Source: Macrostomum hystrix (Eukaryota > Animalia > Platyhelminthes). Taken from it: 64,000 nt of DNA. Location of the stretch: positions 17,980,001 through 18,044,000 of the forward strand of contig CATNEN010000038.1 in assembly GCA_950097015.1 (NCBI GenBank), written 5' to 3'. A model generated the notes under the pieces. That model made no database searches, had not been told where the DNA came from, and saw only the letters and a program-made list of their open reading frames with translations. Position numbers and translations under genes: made by a program. Numbering within the stretch: position 1 is the first letter of the stretch; each line of letters starts with the position of its first letter. Shown one piece after another: positions 51,313 through 63,607 of this stretch.

Positions 51313-54300
51313 TTATATTATATTTCATCGAGTGAAATAGTTGGCGGGTTTGCAATCCGATGGTCTGTCCTCGTGAAGGAAAGGAGTGTGGGGATGGCGA
51401 TAGAGTCAGAAGTCGTACCGCAAAGTCTCGCGAGTTGTCGCGGAAAGAGGGATGAAGGAAGAGATGAAGGGAGAGACAGGATGCAGGGAGTGGTCCTCTC
51501 GGCCTCAGGCTGGCCAGTCCCACTCAACCCATAGGCCACAGGCATGACTGCCGTGCCTACCCCAAGCAGTGCTCGAAACCGGCTAAAAGCCTAAATAGAT
51601 GTCGGACTACCCGCAAGCGGATAGGACAGGCTAGGTAGCCTACTGTCATCAGTAGCATGTTCGTAACTGACTCCTAACCTTGGTAGCAGTGGTCGACTCG
51701 GCCTAGGCTCTTGTCTTAGAAATGCGGAAAGGCTATCGGCAAAGCGGAAAATGATCTAGGGTAGCGCCACCACCCAATGCGCCTACGTTGCCACCGCAGA
51801 CATTTGGGAACTTGGGTCCCCGGAGCTCGCAGCTCCTAGTTTGTCGCACAGATCTTAGACAAGCCGAAACATAGAGCCTTCTGTAACTTCCGTTTTAGAC
51901 TAGGGTGAAGGCCCCAGAATGGATCGAGACACGCCTCACCAGGGGATTCCTGAATTTGCGCTACAGTGGTCTAGAAAGGTGGTACTCAGAACCTGAATGA
52001 GAAATCCATAGCCAGAATCCTACTCATGGGGTAGCAGACACATTCTGTACATTAGACTGCAGCCTACACATTAGATAACTAGCAATCCGAGTCTGTGTGA
52101 GATGAGGAAAACAGAGGCAGGAGAGGTTAAGCTGAACACTGGCCGAGTGATTATGCAAGCGCAAGATTAATTGAACATCACTCTCGTTCCCGTGGCCGCA
52201 GGTGCGAAAGGGGGACAGCGGGAAAACTCCATTGGAAAGGGAGTTCGACACGTACCTTGAACCCACCCAAGAGGGAGAAGGAAAACCGGCCCAGGATTCC
52301 CCCAACCCCCTGGAAAGGAAATGCACATGCTACCCTCCGCATTTACTTACAAATCCCTAGCTCCATATTACTCTCATGCGCGCTTACAATTGCCTTCCCG
52401 CCGCAGCTTCCAGCTCGGCTGTGCCAGAGCCCATTCCCCTAATAGATTAGCCACTCATGGTAGAGGGCTGTCTAAGGTTAAAATAAAGAGAAAGTAATAG
52501 CATGACGGAAGGATTTAAATTGTTATTAAATTGGCCTAATGTTTGAATAATTGGCTAGTAATTACTGCTTTTATTAGGCTAGATAAAACCCTCGCCCAAG
52601 CCCGTAGCTTCCGCCTAGACTAAAGAAAGGTCCCTTAGGACTAACAATGGCAAGACCGCAGCGCGGGTTACTTAACTGATGTCGCTTCGGCCGCGTGCTG
52701 CAATCCCGTTGTTCTCGGGGGGGAGAGGATGGGCAAAAGACAGCAAGGGCCGGGAAGGGAAAGATGCTGCGAGTCGGCAGGGGCCCACACGCTTGGCGCT
52801 CAAGGCTCAATTTAACGGCTCACCTAAAGAGGTGGCTCGCGCTCAGGGGGAATGGGGACAGGCAATGGGCCTGCGCTAACTGTGGAGCTATGAGCTCTAG
52901 GGTCTATGCCCTAAGTGGGTCCGGAAAGGTGCTCTGGGTCCGGTGGGAGTCCGGCCCGGCAAAAGTAAGTCCGGCAGGGAAGAAGGGGAAGAGCCGGTGG
53001 GAGAAAGGAGGTCCAAGAGGGAGCAGCGCAGCGCGCTTGCTTAAATAGGCCTTGCAGCACGCCAACCCCGACATCCATCAAAGCAACCCACATTCGCGCC
53101 CGCCTGTCAACGGGGAATCGAAGCGACGACAGGCCGCCCCAATTGCCCAATGAACCGGCGGCGGGAAACGACAGGTGCTCATCGAGAGCAGCCATCGGCA
53201 GACGGCCCACAATTGTTACTCCGCCGGGACAATGGAAGCGCAGGCGCCGACCTGCCTACAGTGACATTTACGAGTATCTACAAGGGGGAGATCATAAAGT
53301 CGAGCTGGGCTCGAATACTGTAAAGAAGAGGGGACATGAAGAATTTAATGATCACTCATAACGCGCGAGTGAGCCCCTATATCTGATCGCGGTTTGGAGG
53401 GAATTATGACCTAAACTAGTTCATACAGTAACATTATGGCCGCGATCAGTCATTCCTACGGGGAGTCTAGACAACTCCGGAGAGAGAGGATTCGACAGCT
53501 ACTTGATTCACCGCCGCCTCAAACCCGGCCCTAAGATTAATGATCTTGTTTGTGGCCAGCTGCTATGTGGGTCGCAATTATTAACTACTTAAAAAAATTG
53601 AAAAATTATGCTGGCTCACATTCCCACTCGATTCCCGCAGCACACTCCACATCACGAGGTACTACTTAGTATTCAGAGAAACTATTTAGCTTAATTCTGA
53701 TCGAAATCAAAAACTTAAAACCTTGTTTCGAAGAAATATAAGTTTTTTTTATTTGTCTTAGCTGGTGTATTTTAGATTTCTCTCTGCTCCTGTGTACGAG
53801 CGTACATCGGGATGGTCAAGACTATGTACTGGTCCAGAAAATGGGGGTCAGGCAGGGAATAGTTTCGCCAAGTTCTTCTATTCAAAGGCGCACCTGAAGT
53901 CTTTGTATTGTAATAAAAGAATAAATAACGTGCTTAATGCCTTCTTTATCGTCCAATAAATGCTTAAACGTTACCTTTGAAGAGAGATCCTTGTTTTTAA
54001 AGACGTTACTAGAGATCCTTGTTAATCTCTATTATATGGCTATTGATTGACTAAAATATCACAAGCAAATCCCCTTCAAAACCTGTACTTTTACATTGCG
54101 AAGTTTAAATTCATAGTATTTTTTTTACAGATCTCTAGTTTCAAGAGTACAATTAGCAGTAGACATTAAGCACTATTCTTTCTTACCCCAACCGAGGCGA
54201 GGTTAGTTGCAATGCGTATAATGCTTCTGATTATGTATCCACTCCTAATTTTATTTGATATGTACAGGCTGCGCTAGAAATTCAGTATTCTATTGCGATC

Positions 54301-55168
54301 GTCTGGTCCCTATTTCGAGTCTTCATCGCCCAAGCTGTCGACAAAAAAATCTTAATGGGTATCCGACAGGCTAATAAAATATAATATGCACAATGACCGC
54401 CGTCATTAAGTATGGCCCGGCGTTCAATTAAATTCAATCAAAGCTGATTGCCATTGTAAATGCCTCCATATGCTACAATGCTATACTGTGCAAAATTGTG
54501 TTCATAGTACTATTAGTAAGACGAGACGTCTACGCATTGCTTTTGCAGGTGTGGGCAGTCACGCACTAACTTTTCATCGTCAGGCAGTTTACAATCTCCT
54601 TGGAGCCTTGTAGGTTGACCCTCAGTGGCAAGCCCCCCAATTTCTCGAGTATCGTTGGAGAGAAACGGTTTGTTGCAAATAAGAGTAGAAGAAATAGATT
54701 AAATTAAATTCAAGATGGTGTATTTATCTTGGTATCTTATTATATATTATGCTTATGAATATCTGAATACTTGGTTTGACACGGTATCGCGATTGTAGTT
54801 AGCCAAAAAGCAAATAAATAAAGAGACCTGGTTCTTATCATTATAATTTTCGAGTCATTGTCACATCGAAGTACTCGAAGTAGCGAGAGTAAAGTACACG
54901 AAATGGATTTTACGAGATTTCATATGTGAATTCGCTATTTAGCTACTAAACAAGCTTAGCAAAAATGACAGTGAAGAGAATTTTAACTCACTGGTGTCTT
55001 GCTACTTGAATATTGAACGAGTCATTGATACAGGTATATAATGTTTTCACCTCCAAATATAACTTAGAACAAGCGTAAATTCAGCATTGTGTATAGTCCC
55101 GTTAAAAACGCCAGAAAGTTTGCTCACAAAAAGTTTTGGTAGATAAATGATTTTGAGTCTTGCGTACT

Positions 55169-57100
55169 TTAGTCACTTGGAGGGACACCTACTGTCAGAG
55201 TACAGTTCAGCTGGCTAAAGTGCACAGACAAGTTCACCCGGCTGTAGTAGTCGATCATTTCTTCGAGATTGGAGAAGGAGCGATCCTGATTCAAGCCCAG
55301 AGTAAGTCTGCCGACGCTCTGCTGTAAAATCTCAATGTGATGCACATCGTTTGCAAACTTTAGCGACAGAACCCTCTGGCCGGAGCTGTCGCCGCCTTTT
55401 CCTCTCAGCAGGAAGGCTCCGTTCGGTTTGTCGCGCAGCAGAGCCTCAGCCTTAGCGCGATCCATTTGGGTATGGAAAAATTCTGTGGCACCAAAGCTCG
55501 ACTGAGAGCGGAGTGACTGCTGACTGAACCGACGGCAGGAGGAGTTCGCTGCGGTTGCTAGGCAGGCGAGGTCAACACGGCAGCGGCAGTGGCTGCATAG
55601 GTAGCCCTGCAGCACAGAGCCATTCAATACCGACTTGCACACTGAGCACTCGGTTCCAGCGGGGAATGAGGCCAGTTGAAACGCATGACCATTTCGATCC
55701 CAGCCAGGTGGAGCACAGTTCGCAATGGCCTGCTGCAGTAATTCCAGCCATTTTTGTGATCCCAGGCCGTCCTTTTGCTCTGCTAGTTCCACTCTAGCAT
55801 CAGCGTCCAGCACTAACTCTAGCGATGTTGCTTTGCAAAGATTTATCTGGCGCACCTTGACAACAGGTACATGAAACCAATAGCCCAGTTGGTGCTTTTT
55901 ACCACATTTTGACGTCACAAACAGCAGTTGCTTTGTAGTGAGAACGCAGTGGCACAGGTCGCGGCTCTCCTTGCAGCTTCGGCTGGTCCAATAGTGCACC
56001 CGGAACTGGCCATCTGCCTGCAGCAGACCTACATCCGCCGTGTCGGCTAAATCGGACGGCAGGCCGTGCACATCGGATAGGACTCTCTCGGTGGCCTGGG
56101 TCTGTTCCGCCAGTCGCTTGTAGATATTAGCCTTTTCCATCAGAGCCTTGGTTCTGAGGTGAGCCTTCTCCACTGATTTCAAAGAGTTGGGCGCCTCAGT
56201 TGGTGCTGCCTTGACAAGCCGATCAAGTAAGAGTAGGTAGTTTGTCGGATGCCTGATAGGGGCATCATAGAGCTGTTGAAAAGTTTGCTGCTTGCCAATG
56301 ATCGTTTCCAGCATCCCAAGTTGGTGTTTCAATTCTGGATGCTTTTCTAGCTCACTTTTCAAGCGCTGAGTGGCGGTTGGCAGGTGCGAGAAGTATTGAA
56401 CATAGATCTCTAGCCTTGGCACCATGATTTCGAACACAGGACCCAGGTTGTCACAGAAATGTTCGAAACCCTTCTCAGCCAGGGCTGAAAGCTTCATGTA
56501 AAACTCCTTGTGCACAGTGTATAGCTGCTCAGTGTATCGAAACACGACGTGGATCAGGTCCTCGCTCCACTCTGACAGAACACCCAGGAGTTCCTTGCGA
56601 AATATCAGCAGCTGCATAAGCTTTTCGGCCAGAATTTTCTCGCGCTCACAGAACTCCTGAACAACATGGCATAAGATGCCGCTTTTTCGAGAGGAGCCAT
56701 CGGGCTGATCAATCACCCTCCGCTGAATCAGGGCCAGAACACACTTTACCACAAGTTCGGGGTTCTCAAAATTTAGAAGGTCTTCCTCTCGGAACAGGTC
56801 CTGCTGCGACATTCTAAACAAGTTTTGACACTGCCGTAGGAAGTAGCGAATGTTGCGCTTAGCCAGTAGCTGCGAGTTGTGCGAATAAAATGAAGTGGTC
56901 TGAGCACCCTCTGCTGAGATCCGGCCGTGGCTGATCTCAGCCAACAGGCTGCACAAGATTTCGCCATCGCTGAGTAGTTTACAGAGCTCCAACGGGCTGG
57001 AGCAGCCAGCTGCAAAATCCGGCGCTGACAGCAAAGTACCGATGCCCTGGGCGCACTCCTTCGCCAGGTTTTTGCTGCTGATGCTGCTTGTGTGAGACAT
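55169..57100 (-). CDS. Intronless Vav-like Rho GEF (CH - DH - PH - C1 - SH2), 643 aa
   Basis: CH (LSDGEILCSL..RNIRYFL..C...F.M...DLF), DH (QEF.ERE..P.RH...Y.LLL..LVK), PH, C1 (HAF..C..C....G...QGY.C..C), SH2 (MDR.KAE.LL...PNGAFLLR..HHIEI..F..L.EMIDYY....L..HF..L). Domain order is that of Vav. Confidence 0.88.
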   Translation of the reverse strand: MSHTSSISSKNLAKECAQGIGTLLSAPDFAAGCSSPLELCKLLSDGEILCSLLAEISHGRISAEGAQTTSFYSHNSQLLAKRNIRYFLRQCQNLFRMSQQDLFREEDLLNFENPELVVKCVLALIQRRVIDQPDGSSRKSGILCHVVQEFCEREKILAEKLMQLLIFRKELLGVLSEWSEDLIHVVFRYTEQLYTVHKEFYMKLSALAEKGFEHFCDNLGPVFEIMVPRLEIYVQYFSHLPTATQRLKSELEKHPELKHQLGMLETIIGKQQTFQQLYDAPIRHPTNYLLLLDRLVKAAPTEAPNSLKSVEKAHLRTKALMEKANIYKRLAEQTQATERVLSDVHGLPSDLADTADVGLLQADGQFRVHYWTSRSCKESRDLCHCVLTTKQLLFVTSKCGKKHQLGYWFHVPVVKVRQINLCKATSLELVLDADARVELAEQKDGLGSQKWLELLQQAIANCAPPGWDRNGHAFQLASFPAGTECSVCKSVLNGSVLQGYLCSHCRCRVDLACLATAANSSCRRFSQQSLRSQSSFGATEFFHTQMDRAKAEALLRDKPNGAFLLRGKGGDSSGQRVLSLKFANDVHHIEILQQSVGRLTLGLNQDRSFSNLEEMIDYYSRVNLSVHFSQLNCTLTVGVPPSD

Positions 57101-57722
57101 GGAGCTTGTCTGCTTAACTGACAGTGAAAATGCGATGAAAACAGTCGTACCTTATTTATTTTATTTAGGTTCACGAGGCATCTACGAGGCATCTTTTGTG
57201 AGCAAAATTACAGTAATGCATTGTGCAAGGCCAGCTCTTTGGTGTACGCGTCGGAGTAAGACAGAATACATAAAAAAATAACAAGAAAGACAGAGAGCGA
57301 GTGATTCTGCTCCTGCTTATCTACATTTTTATACTCAAACTGCCTTCACTCTCAGTCCACGGGCATTGAAGCTGTTCGATTCTTACTCGTATTGTACTGT
57401 AAATTATTAGTGAGTACACTAAAAAAACACTTCTATAGCTGACCTCACTCCAACAAACAAAATCCTTGATAAAGACAGAAGTTCACCGATCCTTTTTGCA
57501 TTCTTCTTCGCTGCTTACGCGCGTTCTGCAGACTTTTAACTTTTAAGGAAAGATAATCCTTTATGCTTCAACACGAAAAGGAATTGCGGAACAGAAATAT
57601 TCCTTCTGATGAGAGGAGTTTTTGCCACTCAAGCTTAAACAAAGTTCGCATGACACAAAACTTGTTTTTTATATCACCACTTGTAGAGTATAGTTCACTG
57701 CATGTTTTAAGTGATGAAGGCA

Positions 57723-58547
57723 TTACCCGCGCAGAAACTTGGCCCAGCCAGTGCTCGGGTCCACATCCAGGCTGGTCTGCGAGTCGCTGAACTCCAGCAC
57801 GCGGCAGCGGCGCTGGGCGCTGTTGAAGAAGAAGCTGCGGCTTAAGGGTCGGGCGCCAGCCAGCATGGCGCACTCGCGAAGCGCCGCCACATCGACGTGC
57901 TCGGTCCAGCAGTACCTGCTCTCAATGTTTGTCTCCGATCCGGCAGGTCGCGGAGGCTGAGGAATCCAGCGAGTGCGGCCAGTTCTGCTACCTGTGCCAA
58001 TGTCAGCGGATGTGCAGGTGGGCGTCAGATTTTGGGGCTTCAGCTCGCATACGAAGCCAGCAGAGCTGTCATTGCAAAACTTGTCCATCAGGCCTTGATT
58101 TCCATTTCCGTTGCTGAACATGACGCAGTCCTGTTGCTGGTTGTTCGGATCTGTTGGATGCCACGGACCGTCTGGATCGGCAGATGCGTTGATCATGATG
58201 CCCCTTCCGTTCACAAACTGCCAACCGTCGCGTTCTCTCTTTCTCTCATTCGCCAGATCATTCACACCGACCCACAAATTTTGATTGGGGTTGGTATTTC
58301 GCAAGTTGCTGATCACATCAAAGTTGGTGAGCAGTTCGGCTCCGAGTTTGGCGCACTCACGATTCGCGTCGCACCATGAAACTTTGACGCTGTTGTTGAC
58401 GCGGATGCAGCTGCCACTCAGCAGGTTCCAACTTGGCGGACAGTCGCCATCCTGCATCGAAAGCTGCGGGAGGTTGCCAAGAAGTAGCAGGGACAGCAGT
58501 GCCACGGATTCGACGCTGAAGACGCACTGCAGTTCACGGGTTGGCAT
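57723..58547 (-). CDS. Secreted C-type lectin domain + PAN/apple-like protein, paralog 1 (intronless)
   Basis: Hydrophobic signal-like N-terminus; CP..W....SC, W..A...C...GAEL, LWVG..D, W.P.DPN....DC, D..C.....FVCE. C-terminal EC...A......SFFF......C. Confidence 0.85.
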   Translation of the reverse strand: MPTRELQCVFSVESVALLSLLLLGNLPQLSMQDGDCPPSWNLLSGSCIRVNNSVKVSWCDANRECAKLGAELLTNFDVISNLRNTNPNQNLWVGVNDLANERKRERDGWQFVNGRGIMINASADPDGPWHPTDPNNQQQDCVMFSNGNGNQGLMDKFCNDSSAGFVCELKPQNLTPTCTSADIGTGSRTGRTRWIPQPPRPAGSETNIESRYCWTEHVDVAALRECAMLAGARPLSRSFFFNSAQRRCRVLEFSDSQTSLDVDPSTGWAKFLRG

Positions 58548-59757
58548 TCTATGCTTTAGTGCGTTTTGCTTGCTCTAATAATCTAGTATTAGATATATTG
58601 AAAACGAATGACAATTCTTAGTTCGATCGATAATTGACAAAGCTAGTCGCTTGATAAAGGTAGTTTCGAAGATTGTAGGTATACTTTTTCGTACCAAATT
58701 GACAAGTATCGTATGTAACTTGTAAGGGGAGAACAGTTGAGAATAGGTTGGAGAAGTTTATTAAATTGACACATTAAATGAGGTGTAGCTTTATGAATAA
58801 CAAAAATAAACAGATGGCCGTTGCTAAAATATATAGTAGATTCTCTCACAAGCCCGTTTCCAACAGAACTCGCATTAGAAAAACATTGGCATGCAGAGTT
58901 GACTTTGCTCACACGAATGATGCTGAGAAATTCAACTGAATGTATCGCATCAGCGTTTTTCATGCCTGTTTCAACTTATAAACTATCTGGTGGAACCGTT
59001 TAGACTACTAGTTTCGCTTGCTTACCCATTATAGATATTTAGCAAATGCGGTGCCACTAGAAATGGTTGAATTGCACGAACGAGCATTAAGACTGTCAAC
59101 GTGTTCAGAATAACAGGAGCTTACTGCTAAAGTACATCACTAGTTAGAAGTAAGTATTTTTTGGTACTCGCTGACAGATACGATTATTAATAATACGAGA
59201 TATTTTATATTTCTAATAGTAGACAAGATAGACAAATTCTGAAATAAATAGTTCTAAACAATTAATTTAGGAAATAATATTTAGCTACATGCTATTTTTA
59301 GTAACAGAACACTCTAGAATGGCTTGTAAGGCTAACTTACGGCTTACAACGGCAAGCTGCTTCTATAGCTACCAAGTGCCGCCTAAGTTGTAGTATACTC
59401 TTATAGCTTAAACTACATATAAACATATTAAATTTTTTATTAAATGGCTCTTTCTTTATAATACGAGTAGTCAAGTGTTGATATCTATGCTTTACATAAC
59501 AATGTTAGCATCGCAAAATAATTGACGAAAATTTACACTTTTACATAGGATACATTTTTGCATTTTGAATTTACGATTGAGAATTTTTTATTTTGTCATA
59601 TCTTTTTTGTGTCCTTACTACATAAAATGTACTGAAATATTTAATATTCAGAAAAGTTCACTAGATTGTTTCTTAATTTCATTTTTATTCTTTTAAAAAG
59701 CAGAGCCCAGGCCTCACATTTTTGTTACAGCTCAAACAAAATTATCACACCACAGAT

Positions 59758-60546
59758 CTACACGCGCAGAAACTTGGCCCAGCCAGTGCTCGGGTCCACA
59801 TCCAGGCTGGTCTGCGAGTCGCTGAACTCCAGCACGCGGCAGCGGCGCTGGGCGCTGTTGAAGAAGAAGCTGCGGCTAAAGGGTCGGGCGCCAGCCAGCA
59901 TGGCGCACTCGCGAAGCGCCGCCACATCGACGTGCTCGATCCAGCAGTACCTGCTCTCAATGTTTCTCTCAGATCCGGCAGATCGCGTAGGCTGTGGAAT
60001 CCAGCGAGTGCGGCTGTCGGATTCGCAGGTGGGCTTTGGAGTATCGGGCTTCAACTCGCACACGAAGCCAGCAGAGCTGTCATCGCAAAACTTGTCCATC
60101 AGGCCTTGATTTCCATTTCCGTTGCTGAACATGACGCAGTCCTGTTGCTGGTTGTTCGGATCTGTTGGATGCCACGGACCGTCTGGATCGGCGGATGCGT
60201 TGCTCATGATGCCCCTTCCGTTCACGAACTGCCAACCGTCGCGCTGTGTCTGTCTCTCATTGGCCAGGTCACTCACACCGACCCACAAATTTCGATTGGG
60301 GTTGGTATTTCGCAAGTTGCTGATCACTTCAGAGTTGGTGAGCAGTTCGGCTCCGAGTTTGGCGCACTCGCGATTCGCATCGCACCAGGAAACTGTGACG
60401 CTGTTGTTGACGCGGATGCAGCTGCCATTCAACTGAATCCAGCCAGGTTCACACAGAGGGATTTCCATCGGCATCGATAACTTTGAGCAGCAGCTCAGCA
60501 GCATCAACATGAGCAGAAGACGAATCAGTTGGAGGTGCATGTACAT
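59758..60546 (-). CDS. Secreted C-type lectin domain + PAN/apple-like protein, paralog 2 (intronless)
   Basis: Near-identical domains to 57723-58547, with a different signal peptide and linker. Confidence 0.85.
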   Translation of the reverse strand: MYMHLQLIRLLLMLMLLSCCSKLSMPMEIPLCEPGWIQLNGSCIRVNNSVTVSWCDANRECAKLGAELLTNSEVISNLRNTNPNRNLWVGVSDLANERQTQRDGWQFVNGRGIMSNASADPDGPWHPTDPNNQQQDCVMFSNGNGNQGLMDKFCDDSSAGFVCELKPDTPKPTCESDSRTRWIPQPTRSAGSERNIESRYCWIEHVDVAALRECAMLAGARPFSRSFFFNSAQRRCRVLEFSDSQTSLDVDPSTGWAKFLRV

Positions 60547-61808
60547 TGTACGGATGAATCCAGCTCAAACTTCTGCTCTGCAAGGAAATGCAAACGGCTG
60601 TCTGGGTCTACTTTATGCACTCCTGATTCTGCTTTCAAATTTAGTTAATAAACTTACCTTGAGTAATCGGATCAGAAGAGATAAACGGCGTTAGATGAAA
60701 CTTATAACTGGCTAAAGAGTATATTTTGGAATGCATGTCTTTCCTCGCAAAAATGTTTGCACTGATATATGTTCCGCTGAAGACATAGTAGTTAGTCTTA
60801 GACAGATTGACATGAGATGGCGAGAAATTATAGGAGCGTATTATGCTCTCGTGGAGTTAAACTTCGTATTGAAAGCTGTCAATTTTTTTGCACGGAGAGT
60901 AAAAAACTTCTACGTTATTTGCGAGGAAAGACTTAAAGAATGTACTCGTACTTGGAGTGAAAAATGCTGAAAGCACTATTTTTAGCTCTGTAACTAATGA
61001 CAGCCGTTATATTTGTTACTTTTATGTTTATTAAACAGAATACGAGGCAAGTCTCTTTTATTGCAAGTCACAAATCAATGCCACTTTTACTAGTCAGCAC
61101 AGTATAAGATATGCACGATATGCACGAGGCACGATATACACGATCGTTATGGTAATTGATTGTCATTCTAGCTTTAAATATATTCCTTGTTAGAATCTAA
61201 TGACGTTTCTTTCTTACCACTTCAGCTGCAACCGTATCCGCTGCTGCCATACTGTATTTATCGAGTCTTTATAGTGCTGTCTAAGTTCTTTTTTTCCGGT
61301 TGGTAGATCAGTGCTAATGCTTGAGTCGACAAGAATCCTCACGAAAATAACAAGGTGAGCTGAAACCATTCAATCCAGCAAACCAGGAAAGCTCGAATCA
61401 GGCTGTAGCATTGCCGCCCTATAAAACAGTTCAACATGAACCATATAGCCTTCGCATGATGGGGACCTCCTGACTTCAAAGAATCAATTCACAATTCTAT
61501 TAATGGAAGTTCATAATGGTTGCAGTGGTAGGATGCTGATTATTTACCTTTGTTTCTGACAGGATGGACGGGATGCAGGGGAAGAAGGCTCTTCGATAGG
61601 AAATTTCCATGACAGGACTCGGCGAAAAATCCAATTCGCTGTCGGATGGTTACCGCTTGTGCAGGATCTAGGAACGAATGGTTGCATCCGCTTTTTCCGA
61701 TTCTAAATTGTTTTCGCTCCCAAGAAAACGATTTTTTTTTTAGTATATATATGCAACAGGCCTGCTTACACATTTCTGCTAAAAAGAAAGGTTCTTCAAT
61801 GTCACATT

Positions 61809-62585
61809 ATGCAGCTCCGCTGGCTGGGTCTTCTCTTGTTCTCGCAGGCTCTCGTCACGAAATTCTTGCTCAGGGCAGCGCTCCATCTGACTTAACATTC
61901 CACCGCATCGACGCGTTCCTCTACATCAACGCCGAGTTCGTTGAGACCCACTCGGAGGAGAGCAGCAGCGTCGGCTGCGCCAGCCTGTGCGGTCTCAGCC
62001 TTCGCTGTCAGGCATTCAGCCTGTCTGACGGTCCGTGCCAGCTGTTCGTGTTCGACAAGTGCAGCAAGTCTGTGAGGAACTGCAGCTGCTCGAAGAGAGG
62101 CCAGGTGTTTGTGAAGAGACAGTCTGGTCTTCCGCCAGGCGCTCTGTGTCCGTTGAGCTACGGCACGGACCTCTGCGACGTCAAGTACAATTGGATCGGG
62201 AGCGAAAGCGCAATGGCCTGGCATGAGGCCAGGCAGATGTGCGACTCGGAGAGCGGCCTGGTCATCATGGCCGACGGCCGACGTGACCATCCCTGCGGAG
62301 AGGAGCCACATTAGTTCCTTGGGAACAGGAGTCTCGGGTCTTACATTATGGCTCGGAGGCTTCCAGCAGGCAGGCAGCGCTGAACCCGCTGGTGGTTGGA
62401 GCTGGGTCAGCTGCGGACTGGCCATCCAGAACAATAGCTTTTTGTGGGCTGCCCGTGAGCCAAATAATTCCGGCGGAAATGAGAACTCGATTATCAGGTT
62501 CGGCTCGGATTCAGGCCTTACTGATGTGAATGACGCTCATAGTCCAGTCAACTATGTTCTGTGCGAGTGTCCATCGCCATTTTGA
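61809..62585 (+). pseudogene. Frameshifted PAN/apple + C-type lectin (EPN) gene
   Basis: PAN-like CASLC....RCQAFS.....CQL and the CTLD start (W.EARQMC) lie in one frame; the rest (LWLGG..W.W..EPNN.GG.E..D......VLCE) lies in another. The frames are joined by a 7-bp duplication GGCCGAC at 62269-62282. Confidence 0.7.
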
Positions 62586-63607
62586 CAAGGACCAATAGGA
62601 GTAGAAAGGATGAAAAACGACGCATTTCAAACATTTAGAAATGTCAAGCAAATTTCTAATAAACATGTTTCTGAAAAAAATGAAGGCTGGTTTTCGCAAA
62701 AAATACACTAAGGAAATTTTCACATCCTTCTATTTAAACGGTGACAGCTTTTGATTGGAAGTTGTTTGATACAAAACTGTTCTTTTGAAGATCAAATTGT
62801 CATGTATAAGACTTTATTAAACTCGGTGGAGCAACATTAATTAGGCAAGTTATTTCAAAAGAACAGTGTGCATTGACTGCATTGAGTGCGCTTAAACTTC
62901 ATTAAGACACCTAAAAAACTATAAACAGGATTGTAGTTTTAATGCCGATTGATCCAACGATATAAACGGATAAAAAATAAACTGCTTCTTATTGTTCGTT
63001 GGACTGGTTGGACTAATAGTAGCTTGTAAAGCAAGATTTCAAGGAAAAAACGTTCATTAACAAAAGAGAAGACTGTACTGTATTTGCACGCCTAAAAATC
63101 CACATGCATTTCCTTACCTAGACGCATCGATTTCCCTGCTGTCGGCAGTTGCTAGGCCAGAAACAATACGCCAGTTTTAGCTAACTTCCGATCGTGCCAT
63201 CGTGGCCTTTCAAATGAAGTTCCGGGCTACCATTACTAAAGTTGTGCTATAGCTAGTTGAATAATTGGGTTTTCAAACGAAGCTAAAAAACTTCGGGATT
63301 ATGCAAACTCAGCAGAGATTTCACTGACTGCAGAGCAGATTGCTAGTTTGTAGTAAAGACAAAGAACAACTCTATTTCTCAGATTTTTCCCCTGATAGTC
63401 TTCATCAGCGACATCAAGGAGGTGAGTTTACGCTTTTAAGTTAAAGGGAACAAATTTTCAAACTGCTCGTAAGAATTGGATGCGCTATCAAAGGGCTTGC
63501 AGGGTATCCTTAACATTGCCGACAATTCCCATCGACAGTTCAATCGAAAATTCTAACACAATTTGAAAAGTATTAATGAAATAGTTTTATATTTATACAG
63601 TTTATTA

